64,000 bases of DNA, from the NCBI GenBank assembly GCA_034530615.2, contig JAVRCV020000046.1:32001-96000 (forward strand), read 5' to 3'. A program made the translations under genes and the position numbers. Source of the stretch: Aulosira sp. ZfuVER01 (GTDB lineage Bacteria > Cyanobacteriota > Cyanobacteriia > Cyanobacteriales > Nostocaceae). Numbering within the stretch: the first letter of the stretch is position 1; each line of letters opens with the position of its first letter. A model generated the notes under the pieces. It ran no database searches, was not told where the DNA came from, and saw only the letters and a program-made list of their open reading frames with translations. Shown here one piece after another: positions 9,514 to 20,382 of the stretch.

Positions 9514-11466
9514 TTAATTCAATAAAAATTCTTTGACAAACATCACCGTTGCATAGAATTGAAAGTCAATATTTTTCTTCTTACTAAACCCATGTCCTTC
9601 ATCCTTCGCCATCAAATACCAAACTGGCACTTGATTATTTTTCACTGTTTTCACAATTTGTTCTGCTTCATTGAGAGGAACGCGGGGGTCATTTTTGCCG
9701 TGAATCACAAATAGCGGTTTCTTAATGCTACTGGCATTATTCACAGGTGAAATCTTCAGCAAGAATTCTCGCATTTTGGGGTCGCGTTCATCACCGTATT
9801 CTACCCTGCGCAAATCACGCCGATAACCTTCAGTTTTTTCTAAGAAGGTGACGAAGTTAGAAATGCCAACTATATCTATAGAAGCACGAATTTTGTCACC
9901 ATATTTAGTCGCAACTGCCAAGGACATATAGCCACCATAGCTTCCCCCTGTGACTAAAATCCGGTCTTTATCTAAATCTGGTTGAGTAGCAATCCAGTCT
10001 AATAATGCACCGATATCTTTAACTGAGTCTTCCCGTTGATAGCCGTTATCCAACTTTAAGAAGTTTTTGCCGTAGCCACTTGAACCCCTGACGTTAGGAA
10101 ACAAGATAGCAACACCTAATTCGTTGAGATAGTAATTACCCCGCCCTAAGAATGAGGGAGTAAATTGGCTTTCCGGCCCTCCATGAATATCAATTATTAC
10201 TGGACGCTTACCTTTAAATTTAGCTGGGGGATGATACAAAAAGCCGGAGATGGTTCTATTATCGAAACTCTTCCAACGTACTAGTTGGGCTTCGGGGTAA
10301 TTCTCTGTGTTTAAGCCGCCTGTTTCGCTTTCTGTCCAGCGTTCAATTTTGTTGCTGAGGATATTTAAGGAGTAAACATCTGCTGTTGTTCGTGCCGAAA
10401 CTAAAGTAAAGCCTAAATCTTGGTTATTGCGATGCCAATTAACGCCATATATCTCTCCTATTGGTAACTTTGGCAATGGCTTTTCTTTACCTGTGGCTGT
10501 TTCCAAAAGATGCAACACAGCAGCCCCATCTTCATTGGTGACGAAAGCAATGTGTTTACCATCATAGGAAAGGTCAAATTCCTCCACATCCCAAGGAATG
10601 TTACTGGTGAGATAGGTGTGCTGTAATGTTGCTAAGTCAATGTATGCCAACCGAGAAAATTCAAAGTCGCGGTCTGTAATCGCATACAAACCCTTACCAT
10701 CTTTACTAAATGCGCCGCCATAATAGGCAACTTTTTCCTTACCTCCCTTGGGTGTGACTAGTTTCTTCTCACTCGACTGAGTATCAACCAACCAAAGATA
10801 ACTTTCATTGGCAGAAACATATTCCTGTATCAACAATTGACGGTCGTCTGGCGACCAATCCAAAGTACCCCAACCACCGCCTTCAACTTGTGCTAACAAG
10901 CGATCGCTCTTCGGATTTTTTGGGTCGATAATGTAAAAATCATAATCTTTACCTGTACGGCGGGTAGAAGTGTAAATCATTCTATCCCCCCGATTCGCCC
11001 ACACACCCCGGCTGTTTTTGGACTTTCCATCAGTTAGGAGTGTAATCTCTCCTGTCGCTAATTCATAACGGTAATTTTGGTTAAATTCATTACCACCAGT
11101 ATCTTTACTAAAAACAAAATACTTGCCTTCGGTGGGTTGAAAAGTTCCCCCGCCAACTCGTTCCGGGAAGAACGTCAACTGCTTGCGATTCCCTAGAGGA
11201 AATTTAACTAAGTGTACTTGAGGTACATCCCCAAAGCGCGTCGAAATCAGCATTTCCCGGCGATGAGGATGCCAACTCGCAAGACCCGCCGATCGAAATT
11301 GGGTGTAGCGGTCTACTGTTTCTGACAGTGATGCGGGTATTGGTGGAATACCTTCAGTTACAAGATTTTCTCCCGGATTAACTGTGGGGTTTTGGGCAGA
11401 AACCATAAGAATGGGCAGTAGTAATACTGCAATTAAGGTAGTAAAAAACTTGGAAAAAAATCGCAT
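9514..11466 (-). CDS. S9 family (prolyl oligopeptidase-like) peptidase, secreted
   Basis: Signal peptide; HGGP, GGSYGG nucleophile, NDPRVP, DEGHGF. Confidence 0.92.
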   Translation of the reverse strand: MRFFSKFFTTLIAVLLLPILMVSAQNPTVNPGENLVTEGIPPIPASLSETVDRYTQFRSAGLASWHPHRREMLISTRFGDVPQVHLVKFPLGNRKQLTFFPERVGGGTFQPTEGKYFVFSKDTGGNEFNQNYRYELATGEITLLTDGKSKNSRGVWANRGDRMIYTSTRRTGKDYDFYIIDPKNPKSDRLLAQVEGGGWGTLDWSPDDRQLLIQEYVSANESYLWLVDTQSSEKKLVTPKGGKEKVAYYGGAFSKDGKGLYAITDRDFEFSRLAYIDLATLQHTYLTSNIPWDVEEFDLSYDGKHIAFVTNEDGAAVLHLLETATGKEKPLPKLPIGEIYGVNWHRNNQDLGFTLVSARTTADVYSLNILSNKIERWTESETGGLNTENYPEAQLVRWKSFDNRTISGFLYHPPAKFKGKRPVIIDIHGGPESQFTPSFLGRGNYYLNELGVAILFPNVRGSSGYGKNFLKLDNGYQREDSVKDIGALLDWIATQPDLDKDRILVTGGSYGGYMSLAVATKYGDKIRASIDIVGISNFVTFLEKTEGYRRDLRRVEYGDERDPKMREFLLKISPVNNASSIKKPLFVIHGKNDPRVPLNEAEQIVKTVKNNQVPVWYLMAKDEGHGFSKKKNIDFQFYATVMFVKEFLLN

Positions 11467-11646
11467 TTGCCGATTATCGCAAATTTTGGCAGCAAAATTA
11501 TACCTGCAATCTCTTAGCTAAAGTTGAGAATATTTTATATAAAAGAACCACAAAGATACAAAGACAAAAATTTATCTGCGTCCATACTCTTCTTCTATCG
11601 GCGGTTAATTCTTTGTTGTTCTCACCAATGTGGGAATCACTATATA

Positions 11647-12915
11647 TTAATTACCGCGATCGCGTTCTAATTCTGTAATCACTTTTTGTAAATACCACTC
11701 TTCTGGCATCTGCGGATAGTACTCTTTCTTTTGCTGAATTAATCTTTGGGCAATTTCCCACTGTCCGCCAACCAGACGCAACAATCGCTGACGCAGAAGA
11801 TTATATTTATGGTTTTTGTTTTCAGGAAGAGATTTCTGAATTTTATTCAGGCTATTTAACACTTGTTGATAGTTGTCCCAGTCTTCTTTTTCGAGGAAAA
11901 TACTTGCCGCTTTTTGATAATCTTCAATCGCCTGTTGCATTTCTTCTAAAAGAGTATGAGCAATACCGCGATTATAGTAAGCTTGGGCATCTTCAGGATT
12001 AATTTGTAGTGCTTGGGAATAATCTTGAATTGCAGCGAGATAATTGCTCATTGCTCGATAGGCATTGCCTCTGGCAACATAGACTAAGGCATCCTGGGGT
12101 TGAATTTGCAGTGCAGAGTTAAAGTCTGCGATCGCACCTTGGTAATCGCCTAACAAAGAACGGGCTTTACCTCGGTTACGATAAACAATAGCATCCTGAA
12201 AATTCAATTTTAGTGCTTGGTTAAAATCTGCGATCGCACCTTGATAGTTACCCATTTTGCAACGCACCACCCCACGACAGCAATAAGCTTGAGCATCTTG
12301 CGGATCGGCTTGCAACACCCAGTTTAAATCTTCAATCGCCTCGCGGGTGTCTCCCTTTTCTGCCTTATTTAATAGTTGCGTAAAATATTCTTTCTCGGAT
12401 TTGATGGTAACACTTGGGGAATTGGATTGCTGTACAGTTGGTTTTTCTGGTGGTTGTAGCTGTTTAATTTTTTCCAAACACAGACGACAATTTTCCTTAT
12501 CCTTTTGCGCTAGATATAATTCTGCCGCTTTTTTAAAATTAGCGATCGCATCGTGAATATACCCTTGTTTGCGCCGCACCATCCCCCGAAGACTGTAAGC
12601 TGCGGCATAATTATAATTAAGGCGAATAGCACGTTCCACATCTTCCAAAGCACCCGGCAGATTTTTCAACGCTACCCTAGCTAAGGCGCGAGAATAATAT
12701 GCTTCAACACTTTCAGGATTCAGCTTTAGGACTTCGGTGTAATCTGACACAGCCTGGAGAATTTCCCCTGAGTCATAATATGCCAACCCCCTTTGAAAGT
12801 AAGCTTCGGGAAAGTAAGGTGTCACCTGCAAAGCACGATTAAATTCCTCAATAGCTCCAGCGTAGTCTTTTTGTTTAGCTTTTTCCAACCCTCGATTATA
12901 GAATTCTTCATTCAT
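11647..12915 (-). CDS. TPR-repeat protein
   Basis: Multiple AYxxRG...AIxDFNxAL TPRs. Confidence 0.9.
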   Translation of the reverse strand: MNEEFYNRGLEKAKQKDYAGAIEEFNRALQVTPYFPEAYFQRGLAYYDSGEILQAVSDYTEVLKLNPESVEAYYSRALARVALKNLPGALEDVERAIRLNYNYAAAYSLRGMVRRKQGYIHDAIANFKKAAELYLAQKDKENCRLCLEKIKQLQPPEKPTVQQSNSPSVTIKSEKEYFTQLLNKAEKGDTREAIEDLNWVLQADPQDAQAYCCRGVVRCKMGNYQGAIADFNQALKLNFQDAIVYRNRGKARSLLGDYQGAIADFNSALQIQPQDALVYVARGNAYRAMSNYLAAIQDYSQALQINPEDAQAYYNRGIAHTLLEEMQQAIEDYQKAASIFLEKEDWDNYQQVLNSLNKIQKSLPENKNHKYNLLRQRLLRLVGGQWEIAQRLIQQKKEYYPQMPEEWYLQKVITELERDRGN

Positions 12916-13110
12916 GGCTTTTATTAGTTATGGCTATATAAGTATTCACCGTGACTCTAGCTCATTTCCTATGTTAATGACATTAAACTAAGCTTCAAGT
13001 ATAACTTTATCAAGTTCATACAGAGCACGAGGAGTAACCGTCTCTTCCTTGGCGCACTTGTCGTACTTGGCGGTTCGACATCAATGTTCGACATCAATTA
13101 TTTTTTAACT

Positions 13111-14259
13111 ATGAAAATTAGAACTATTACCACAGGAATTTCTCTGCAATCTCCTCAAGATACAGACAAAATTAGACAAGCTACTGAATTTAACCAACAA
13201 GCCAAAGAAATTTTCACACAACAAGGCTACGAAGTTCAAACAACGAGAGTAGCTACCAATTCCTGGGAAGAATATCTCCAAGGTTTATCCAAAATTGAAA
13301 TTTTAAATCAAATCCAAAATATAGAAGAAATCTGCCATCATTTGAATATCAGCTTCTTCAATATTGGTTATGCTAGCCAACCGTCAACTATTGCCTTAAT
13401 TCCAGAAATCAATAAACATACATCAGTCATTTACTGCACGAGCAAAATTGGCGATCGCGCAAGTGGAATCAACTTAGAAAATGCTTTAGAATCAGCAAAA
13501 GCCATTAAAAGCATTTCTCAAGAAACTGAAAATGGCTATGGAAACTTTCGTTTTTGTGCCTGGGCAAACTGTCAGCCAGGAATCCCATTTTTTCCAACAT
13601 CATATCATCAAGGTAATACAGCATTCGGTATAGGTTTAGAATTCTGCGATCTAGTAACAGAGGCATTCTCTCAAGCTGATAATATTCAAATGGCAGAACA
13701 AAAACTGCAAATACTCTTAGAAACAGAGTGCAATAAAATTGCAGCTATTGCTGAAGTAATCTCCGATAAATTTGCTATTGCATATCAAGGAATTGATACT
13801 TCTCTCGCTCCATCATTAGATAAAACTAATAGTATCGCCTTTGCCTATGAAGAGCTAATAAACGGCAAATTTGGTCAACCTGGAACTTTAGCAATTTCTG
13901 GAATGCTAACCCGTGTTTTGAAAAATGTTGCCGTGAAAATCTGTGGTTACTCTGGTTTAATGCTGCCAGTTTGTGAAGATGTCGGATTAGCGGCAAGAGC
14001 TAACGAGCAAACCTATGATATTACCAATTTATTACTTTATTCAGCAGTTTGTGGCTGTGGACTAGATACAGTCCCCATAGCAGGCGATATATCAATTGAA
14101 AAAATTGCAGCCATATTAATTGATATGGCAACTTTAGCAATTAAGTTAGATAAACCACTATCAGCAAGATTATTTCCCATCCCAAATAAAAAAGCTGGAG
14201 AAATGGCTGTATTCAATTCCCCCTACCTTGTCGATTGCCAAATATTTTCAGTTAATTGA
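13111..14259 (+). CDS. DUF711 (UPF0210/PFL-like) family protein
   Basis: MKIRTITTGI, GYEVQTTR, GYSGLMLPVCED, YSAVCGCGLDTVPI, KPLSARLFPIP. Confidence 0.8.
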   Translation: MKIRTITTGISLQSPQDTDKIRQATEFNQQAKEIFTQQGYEVQTTRVATNSWEEYLQGLSKIEILNQIQNIEEICHHLNISFFNIGYASQPSTIALIPEINKHTSVIYCTSKIGDRASGINLENALESAKAIKSISQETENGYGNFRFCAWANCQPGIPFFPTSYHQGNTAFGIGLEFCDLVTEAFSQADNIQMAEQKLQILLETECNKIAAIAEVISDKFAIAYQGIDTSLAPSLDKTNSIAFAYEELINGKFGQPGTLAISGMLTRVLKNVAVKICGYSGLMLPVCEDVGLAARANEQTYDITNLLLYSAVCGCGLDTVPIAGDISIEKIAAILIDMATLAIKLDKPLSARLFPIPNKKAGEMAVFNSPYLVDCQIFSVN

Positions 14260-14350
14260 ATGATCAACATTGACCGGGAACGCTTAAAGACTTATCATTA
14301 AGAACGCAGAGGAAGAAAGAGTTTTTAAATTTTTGCACTGAAGAAGATCG

Positions 14351-14445
14351 GCAAGATTATTTTCCATCCCAAATAAAAAAGCTGGGGAAATGCTTAGATT
14401 CAATTCCCCAGCTTGTAAATTGACAAATATTTTAAGTTAATTAAA
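14351..14445 (+). repeat. Diverged direct copy of the last ~95 nt of the DUF711 gene
   Basis: gcaagattatt.tccatcccaaataaaaaagctgg.gaaatg...caattcccc...caaatatttt.agttaatt matches 14164-14260. Confidence 0.8.
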
Positions 14446-14520
14446 TTATTTACAAACACAGATAAGCACCGATTATTTATATTTATCTATGTTTATCTAT
14501 GATTGTATGTCTCAATAGAA

Positions 14521-15189
14521 TTAATCAGAAAGTAAACTTGGAGAAGTTAGCACAAAAACATCTCTTGTTCCTAGAGTGTTTATCTCTGGTTTAATCGGAG
14601 TAGTAAAGTGCAAAAATTCATGGTCATTAACCAACAAAAGTTCTCCCGGATTTAGAACTTTACTAAAAATGGGTTCTTTCTGGGTGTCTGTATACAAATG
14701 TGTTTCTGCGCCTTGAATATTGTCTCTATCAACAGAGAAAATCCCGATAAAATCTGTCCCATCTCTATGGATACCTTCAGGCGCAGGATTACCCAAATTA
14801 TCAGGCGAACAGCTAATCCTAATTTGATGAACTCCTATTTCTGCCTCTGGATGAAGTTTACAAGAATCAGTAAATGCTAAGATAAGGTTTTGAAATATAT
14901 TAAGTTCTATCATCGCATCATCTAATTCTGCAAACTCTCTTTTAATATCTCCCAATAATGGATTGTAATCTTTGCTTTGGTAGAAATAACCATGAGGTAG
15001 TTTAATCAATCTATCCCCAACAACAGTAAATCGAGATAATCTTCGAGAGCGATAATTGCCTTTGATGTAAGGATCAACAGGCAGATCGTTGAAAAATGGT
15101 TTGAAACCTTCTAGCTTAATGGAATTAACCTTTCTTAGGGTAAAAAGAAAAGCGTATTCTAATTCCGTTGCGCCCCGAACTGTTTGCAT
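14521..15189 (-). CDS. 2OG-Fe(II) dioxygenase family protein
   Basis: PAPEGIHRDG (HxD), HFTTP, RDVFV. Confidence 0.85.
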   Translation of the reverse strand: MQTVRGATELEYAFLFTLRKVNSIKLEGFKPFFNDLPVDPYIKGNYRSRRLSRFTVVGDRLIKLPHGYFYQSKDYNPLLGDIKREFAELDDAMIELNIFQNLILAFTDSCKLHPEAEIGVHQIRISCSPDNLGNPAPEGIHRDGTDFIGIFSVDRDNIQGAETHLYTDTQKEPIFSKVLNPGELLLVNDHEFLHFTTPIKPEINTLGTRDVFVLTSPSLLSD

Positions 15190-15433
15190 AGGATTTACCT
15201 ACTTGCACATTGCAACCCTCCTAACTTTTTTTCTTTTAGGAGGCTGATAATATCTATTGTATGCTACGGTTTATTAAACTGTCGTAAAAATAACTACAAA
15301 AATTGCCAAACTATGGTAAAGAAGATTTGTCGTACTAAATCATTAGCTCATCAGTAAAGCCAAGCAAGAGTCAACAGAAAATGTCCACTTGCCCAGAGTG
15401 AAGTCTAAGGTATGCCCAGTGCCTAATTTCAAT

Positions 15434-16549
15434 CTATCGGCTAGCTTTTTTAGCTCGCTTGCGTTGATACATTTGGATATCAGCGAGAGTAATCAACTCA
15501 TCTAAAGAAACAGGCTGAGTGGGGTTATAAGAATGAGCGCCAATACTCACAGATAGATAAAACCGATGCTGTTGAGTCTGGTTGAATCGGTCGATAGAAG
15601 CTTGCAATCGCTGCTGGATTACGTCAGAACTAGGATCGTTGCCTTGAAGCAGCACTACAAATTCATCGCCGCCCAATCGAGCCAGCATATCAGATTTACG
15701 ACAAGTCTGTTTGAGTAAGGTGGCAGTAGCGACAATGGCATTATCACCAATTTCATGTCCGAAGACATCGTTGATAGTCTTCAATCCATCCAAATCGATG
15801 AATAGCAAGGTTGTGGGGATATGCGATCTCTGGAGTAGCTTGATTTGCCGTTCAGCCAGCAGGAAAAAGCCACGCCGATTGTACAACCCTGTGAGTTCAT
15901 CAATTAGAGCAAGGCGGCAGACTTGAGCTTCAACATCTGCGCGATCGCTAATTTCTTTTTCTAAAGCAGCAGTGCGATCGCACAATTGCTGTTCCAATTC
16001 TAAATACTGCTGTACATTTTCCATTGCCACTGCGGCGTGATCGGCTAAGAAATGTAACAGCTTGACTTCTTCTGTTGTTGGATGATGATGCTTTGCCCAA
16101 TAAATCCCAATACAGCCAATCGGGTTAACGATGCGGATAGGCATCATTACCATGCTTTTGACAAATGTAGACTTGTAAATAGCATAACTAACCCTTTGAT
16201 CGCTGTATACATCTTTAATAATCGCAGGCTGACGATTTCCCATCGCCCAACCTCCAACACAGATATCCATCGGCAATCGCTGACCTTTCCAAAGAGGTGC
16301 GATCGCATCTTCATCAGCATAGTAGCAGTCGCCGTTGACTTTGAGTACAAAACTGCTACCATCTGACTCAGTTAATTGTCGTGCAGCCACCAGCACAATT
16401 TCTATAATCTGCTGCAAGCTTCGGGCTTTTGATAAATCTTGAACTACTAGCAATAAACTTTCCATTGCCAGCACATAGCGCTGAGTCTTAGCATCTTCCA
16501 AACTTAATGGCGGCTGGCATTGCCGTGGTAAGTCGAGTTTAACACTCAT
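15434..16549 (-). CDS. GAF-GGDEF diguanylate cyclase
   Basis: DELTGLYNRR, RKSD I-site, GGDEF; N-terminal GAF. Confidence 0.92.
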   Translation of the reverse strand: MSVKLDLPRQCQPPLSLEDAKTQRYVLAMESLLLVVQDLSKARSLQQIIEIVLVAARQLTESDGSSFVLKVNGDCYYADEDAIAPLWKGQRLPMDICVGGWAMGNRQPAIIKDVYSDQRVSYAIYKSTFVKSMVMMPIRIVNPIGCIGIYWAKHHHPTTEEVKLLHFLADHAAVAMENVQQYLELEQQLCDRTAALEKEISDRADVEAQVCRLALIDELTGLYNRRGFFLLAERQIKLLQRSHIPTTLLFIDLDGLKTINDVFGHEIGDNAIVATATLLKQTCRKSDMLARLGGDEFVVLLQGNDPSSDVIQQRLQASIDRFNQTQQHRFYLSVSIGAHSYNPTQPVSLDELITLADIQMYQRKRAKKASR

Positions 16550-17042
16550 ACATTTACCTAGAACACAATAAAGTTATACTTCCCTTAGAAATTACATCTA
16601 TTGAAACAGCTTTAAAAAATTTAATTACGATCAATTTATTTAAAATCTAGTTAGTTGAATATATGTTGAGTATCAGAGTTTCTCCATAAAATAAATCTTA
16701 AGTTTTCTCAGGTTTAATTGAGCGCGATCGCTATCTGTAATTTCTCTAATATTAGATGATTATTCGTCATTTAATATACTATCAACTGCTTTCTATATAG
16801 TGTGTTAAGTATCTTATAAACTTAAGATTTTCTTTATAAAGAAGCTACAATTATTTTTCAATCAGCAAAGAAAAAACCAAACAATTTTCGCGCAGACTAA
16901 GTATAAATTCTGCGGCTTGTTAACCTGATGAAATTTTAGATTTTGAATCTTCAAGTTCATTTTCCAAAATTCCCTCTTCCTTTAGGGTTAAACTTGTTTA
17001 GCTCTTAATTATCTCCTGGCTTTGATAGAGGAGAGTTTCAAA

Positions 17043-17768
17043 ATGATGGATTGGCTTTATCGCTACCCAACTTTATATCCTGGGATTCTACTCAAGCGCT
17101 ACAAGCGCTTTTTTGCTGATGTGCAACTAAATTCTGGTGAAATAGTAACAGCACACTGTCCCAATACAGGGCCGATGACTGGAGTATCGACTCCTAGTAG
17201 TGCAGTGCAGCTTTCTTTAAGTGCTAATCCTAACCGCAAACTAGCTTACACTTTAGAACTGATTCAGGTGCATGATAATGACCCAACTTGGGTAGGTGTG
17301 AATACTGCTTTGCCAAATCAGATAGTGAAGCTAGCTTTGGCGAGATATTTATTCCCAGAGTTGGGTGAATATAGCCAGATTAAGGGCGAAGTAGTTTATG
17401 GGCAAGATAAAAAAAGTCGCGTAGATTTTTTCTTAACCGCAAGTGATGAGGAACGCCCAATTTATTTAGAAGTAAAAAATACAACCTGGTGCCAAGGTAG
17501 TTTAGCACTCTTTCCCGACACAGAAACCACAAGAGGACAAAAGCACTTACGGGAACTGATGGCGCTGCTACCCCAAAGTCGCGCAGTCATGCTGTACTTT
17601 ATCAATCGAGGTGATTGTACAGAGTTTGCCCCCGGAGATACGACAGATCCTATATATGGTAAGTTGTTACGAGATGCGATCGCTCTTGGTTTAGAAGTAT
17701 TACCCTGCCGTTTTGACGTTTCTCCAGAAGGCATCCGTTATTTAGGTTTAGCCAAACTCAAAATCTGA
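17043..17768 (+). CDS. sfsA: Sugar fermentation stimulation protein SfsA
   Basis: KRYKRFFADV, HCPNTGPM, YLEVKNTT, FPDTETTRGQKHLREL. Confidence 0.95.
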   Translation: MMDWLYRYPTLYPGILLKRYKRFFADVQLNSGEIVTAHCPNTGPMTGVSTPSSAVQLSLSANPNRKLAYTLELIQVHDNDPTWVGVNTALPNQIVKLALARYLFPELGEYSQIKGEVVYGQDKKSRVDFFLTASDEERPIYLEVKNTTWCQGSLALFPDTETTRGQKHLRELMALLPQSRAVMLYFINRGDCTEFAPGDTTDPIYGKLLRDAIALGLEVLPCRFDVSPEGIRYLGLAKLKI

Positions 17769-17782
17769 ATCAAAACGAAATA

Positions 17783-17821
17783 AACCACAGATGTAGACGC
17801 TGCGCGTCTACATCTGTGGTT
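17783..17821. terminator. Perfect 18-bp hairpin between convergent sfsA and slipin genes
   Basis: AACCACAGATGTAGACGC-tgc-GCGTCTACATCTGTGGTT. Confidence 0.7.
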
Positions 17822-17840
17822 CGATATCTAAAACATTGAT

Positions 17841-19379
17841 TTATTCACGATTCATCCGAATTAAATCCGTCAAAATGCTATCCAAACTACCATTAACTTG
17901 AATTTTCTCAATCTTCTCAGCAATTCGCTCTAATACTTCCAACTCCTTCAAACGCAACGCCACAGGGTTATCCTCCATCACCTTGGCAGTATTCAACATA
18001 CTGCGAGTAGCAGCAGTTTCTTCACGACGGCGGACTACATTTGCTTGGGCGGCTTTTTCCGCTTCCACTACTTTGCTCAAAATAGTCTTAATTTCACCGG
18101 GGAGAATAATATCTTTCACCCCAACTGAATCTACTTCAATTCCATAGTCTGCGGTTTTTTGGCGAATGTAGTCAGAAATACTTCTATCAATCGCGCCTTT
18201 ATCCTCCAGTAACGCATCCAGAGTTCTTTCGCCAACTGCACCACGCAAAGCAAACTGTAACTCTTTGTATAAATACCCAGCAATATCCGATAAGCCATTT
18301 TTAGCTCTTAAGGGATCGAGTATACGGAAGCCAGCAGTTAAGTTTAAGCGCAAAGGCACTTTATCCTTAGAGAGGATATCTTGACCAGATACTTCCATAG
18401 CTTGTTGGCGCAGGTCAAAAACTTCCGTTTGCAAAGAACGCCCAAACACCCACCATGCGTGCTTTCCTGGCTGGAGTTGTGTTTGAAATTCTTGATTAAC
18501 GTACAGCAAACCAACGTATTGTGATGGTACTTCGCAAATATGCAGACTACTGCGGCTAAGAGTAAAAGCCTCTGGTAAACCCGAAACTAACTCAGCAACT
18601 AAGCGAGATGACAACTTAGCATCATTGCTGATGTCAATCACCTCTACCTCAACACCTTGCCAGAAGAGTTTGCGACTACATGGCGCTAGGATCGAAATCA
18701 CCTTACCCTGATAGCGCACAATTGCTACTTGCTGATTCTGTAATTGGACTATTTCACAGTAAGCAGCTACAAACTCCGGATGTCTCTCAATTAAGACATC
18801 TTCCAAAGGAAAGTTTGGATTGGGTAAAATCCGGCTGAGAGTCTGGAGAGAAACATCCCTATTCACAGACCAAAAAGCATACTCACCTGGTTCTAATGGC
18901 CGGACAAAGTTACCTTGCACGTACAGCAAGCCAATCTCATACTCAGAAATTTGGAACTTCTTGATACCATTTAAGGCAATTCCCCGTACTTGCTGCACAA
19001 ACTCAGCAGGTAATTCCAAGCTTTCTTGCAAGTTAAACAGATGAGTTTCTACCTCAATAAAACCACGCCAAAAAGCACGTAATTGATTTGGCCCAACACT
19101 AATCCAATTTTGTCCCAAGCGCACTAAAGCAGCCTGATTGAATCCTGTCCGCACGACTATTAAGTATTGCTGTAACGCTGAACTATGATTGCGCAGCAAC
19201 AGTTCTAGGTTTTCAATCTGAGCTTCTGGTTGGTTAAGATCGTAAGTTTTTACTTGCCAATGCCAACCAACATAAGTATAAGTACTAGGCTGCAAGATTT
19301 TTTTAAAATCACTGCGGTAATATAAAATTCCAATTTCGTTAGGTTTGATATAGAAAGTTTTCCACATAGAAATTTGCAT
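17841..19379 (-). CDS. Slipin family (SPFH/band-7) protein
   Basis: Repeated GLLYxxG...LxPGxYxFW units; GQDILSKDKVPLRLN; RREETAATRSMLNTAKVMEDNPVALRLKELE. Confidence 0.88.
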   Translation of the reverse strand: MQISMWKTFYIKPNEIGILYYRSDFKKILQPSTYTYVGWHWQVKTYDLNQPEAQIENLELLLRNHSSALQQYLIVVRTGFNQAALVRLGQNWISVGPNQLRAFWRGFIEVETHLFNLQESLELPAEFVQQVRGIALNGIKKFQISEYEIGLLYVQGNFVRPLEPGEYAFWSVNRDVSLQTLSRILPNPNFPLEDVLIERHPEFVAAYCEIVQLQNQQVAIVRYQGKVISILAPCSRKLFWQGVEVEVIDISNDAKLSSRLVAELVSGLPEAFTLSRSSLHICEVPSQYVGLLYVNQEFQTQLQPGKHAWWVFGRSLQTEVFDLRQQAMEVSGQDILSKDKVPLRLNLTAGFRILDPLRAKNGLSDIAGYLYKELQFALRGAVGERTLDALLEDKGAIDRSISDYIRQKTADYGIEVDSVGVKDIILPGEIKTILSKVVEAEKAAQANVVRRREETAATRSMLNTAKVMEDNPVALRLKELEVLERIAEKIEKIQVNGSLDSILTDLIRMNRE

Positions 19380-19586
19380 AGAGAATTTAGGCAGTCGTAG
19401 CCGACGCAGAAGTTTGATAAAGACATTTATAACTTTGGCGTAGGGAATTTTCCTTAGTTAGTTTTATTTCCACATCGTATATAAACAAGAGATATAGCCA
19501 CTTGTGTTACATTGCTTGTTGCAGCTATAAATAGAGTTAATTGCTATCCAAAATATAATATACTACATATAATACATTATATTTTT

Positions 19587-20006
19587 AAACTCTGCAAATG
19601 TCGTTTTTTACAGTTCAGCTGCGGGATAATTGCTCTTCAAAACTGGATTAAAGAGGTAACGCACTCATGAGTTTCCTTATGAGCGACGCTGCTGCTACTT
19701 TTTCTAAGACTATCCAAAGGCAATCCAGAAAAAGATAACATCTCTCAAATATAGAAATCATACTTGAATCTTGCTAAGTATACTTAGAAACAAACCTTTG
19801 TATGGCAAGCTTCTAGCTAGTCTGGTTTTTCAGAAATCAAATATGAGTCCTATATGCCATTCAGTTTGCCAGTTCCGCCAAAGTAGGATGTGTCAAACGA
19901 AGGGACATACTCAAGTTAGGGAGGAAACAATTGCACAGGCTTCTTAGCTGTGACTACTGAGTATAACGAGTATAAACAGTAGCATAACAACAACATCGCA
20001 GAGTTT
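19587..20006 (-). ncRNA. Putative long structured ncRNA, copy 1 (retron msr-msd-like)
   Basis: Terminal arms AAACUCUGCGAUGUUG / CGACAUUUGCAGAGUUU pair; conserved blocks shared with 22712-22995. Confidence 0.6.
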
Positions 20007-20109
20007 ACTAAACTAAAACAGATTTTGTCCGTTTCGGCTTTTTTCCCAGTCGCGTAAATGCGAAGTAGCCTTGTCCCTAACAAGGTGCCCGTACCCAGGG
20101 CGAGGGTGT

Positions 20110-20186
20110 GTTTGCTGAAATTACAGGAGTTTACCTGTTACTGATCGCCGATACAGCGATCGCTCTACTAAAAGAGTTAACTTTCA
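20110..20186 (-). ncRNA. Degenerate tRNA-like element (paralog of the CAT tRNA at 23155)
   Basis: GAAAGTTAACTC..TAGTAGAGC GATCGC..GCGATC..ACAGGtaaactCCTGT AATTTC keeps the stems but has lost the T-loop consensus. Confidence 0.5.
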
Positions 20187-20188
20187 AA

Positions 20189-20300
20189 GGGTAGTAACAT
20201 ATCGTTCCACGGTATACACTCAATCCAAAGGTTGGCGTACCAGTTGGGCATACAGAACCCGCACTAATGCTTTGCAAAATGTCTTCCTACCTCGCTACTC
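20189..20300 (-). ncRNA. ~110-nt structured leader RNA, copy 1 (Y RNA/YrlA-like candidate)
   Basis: Core nearly identical to 23305-23415; 5' and 3' ends partly pair. Confidence 0.45.
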
Positions 20301-20382
20301 AATGTAACTCAAGCAAATATGAGGAGACACGCGGTAATTACTTAATGAAATACTCACTTCAAGAGCCAAAGGTTTGAAATTA

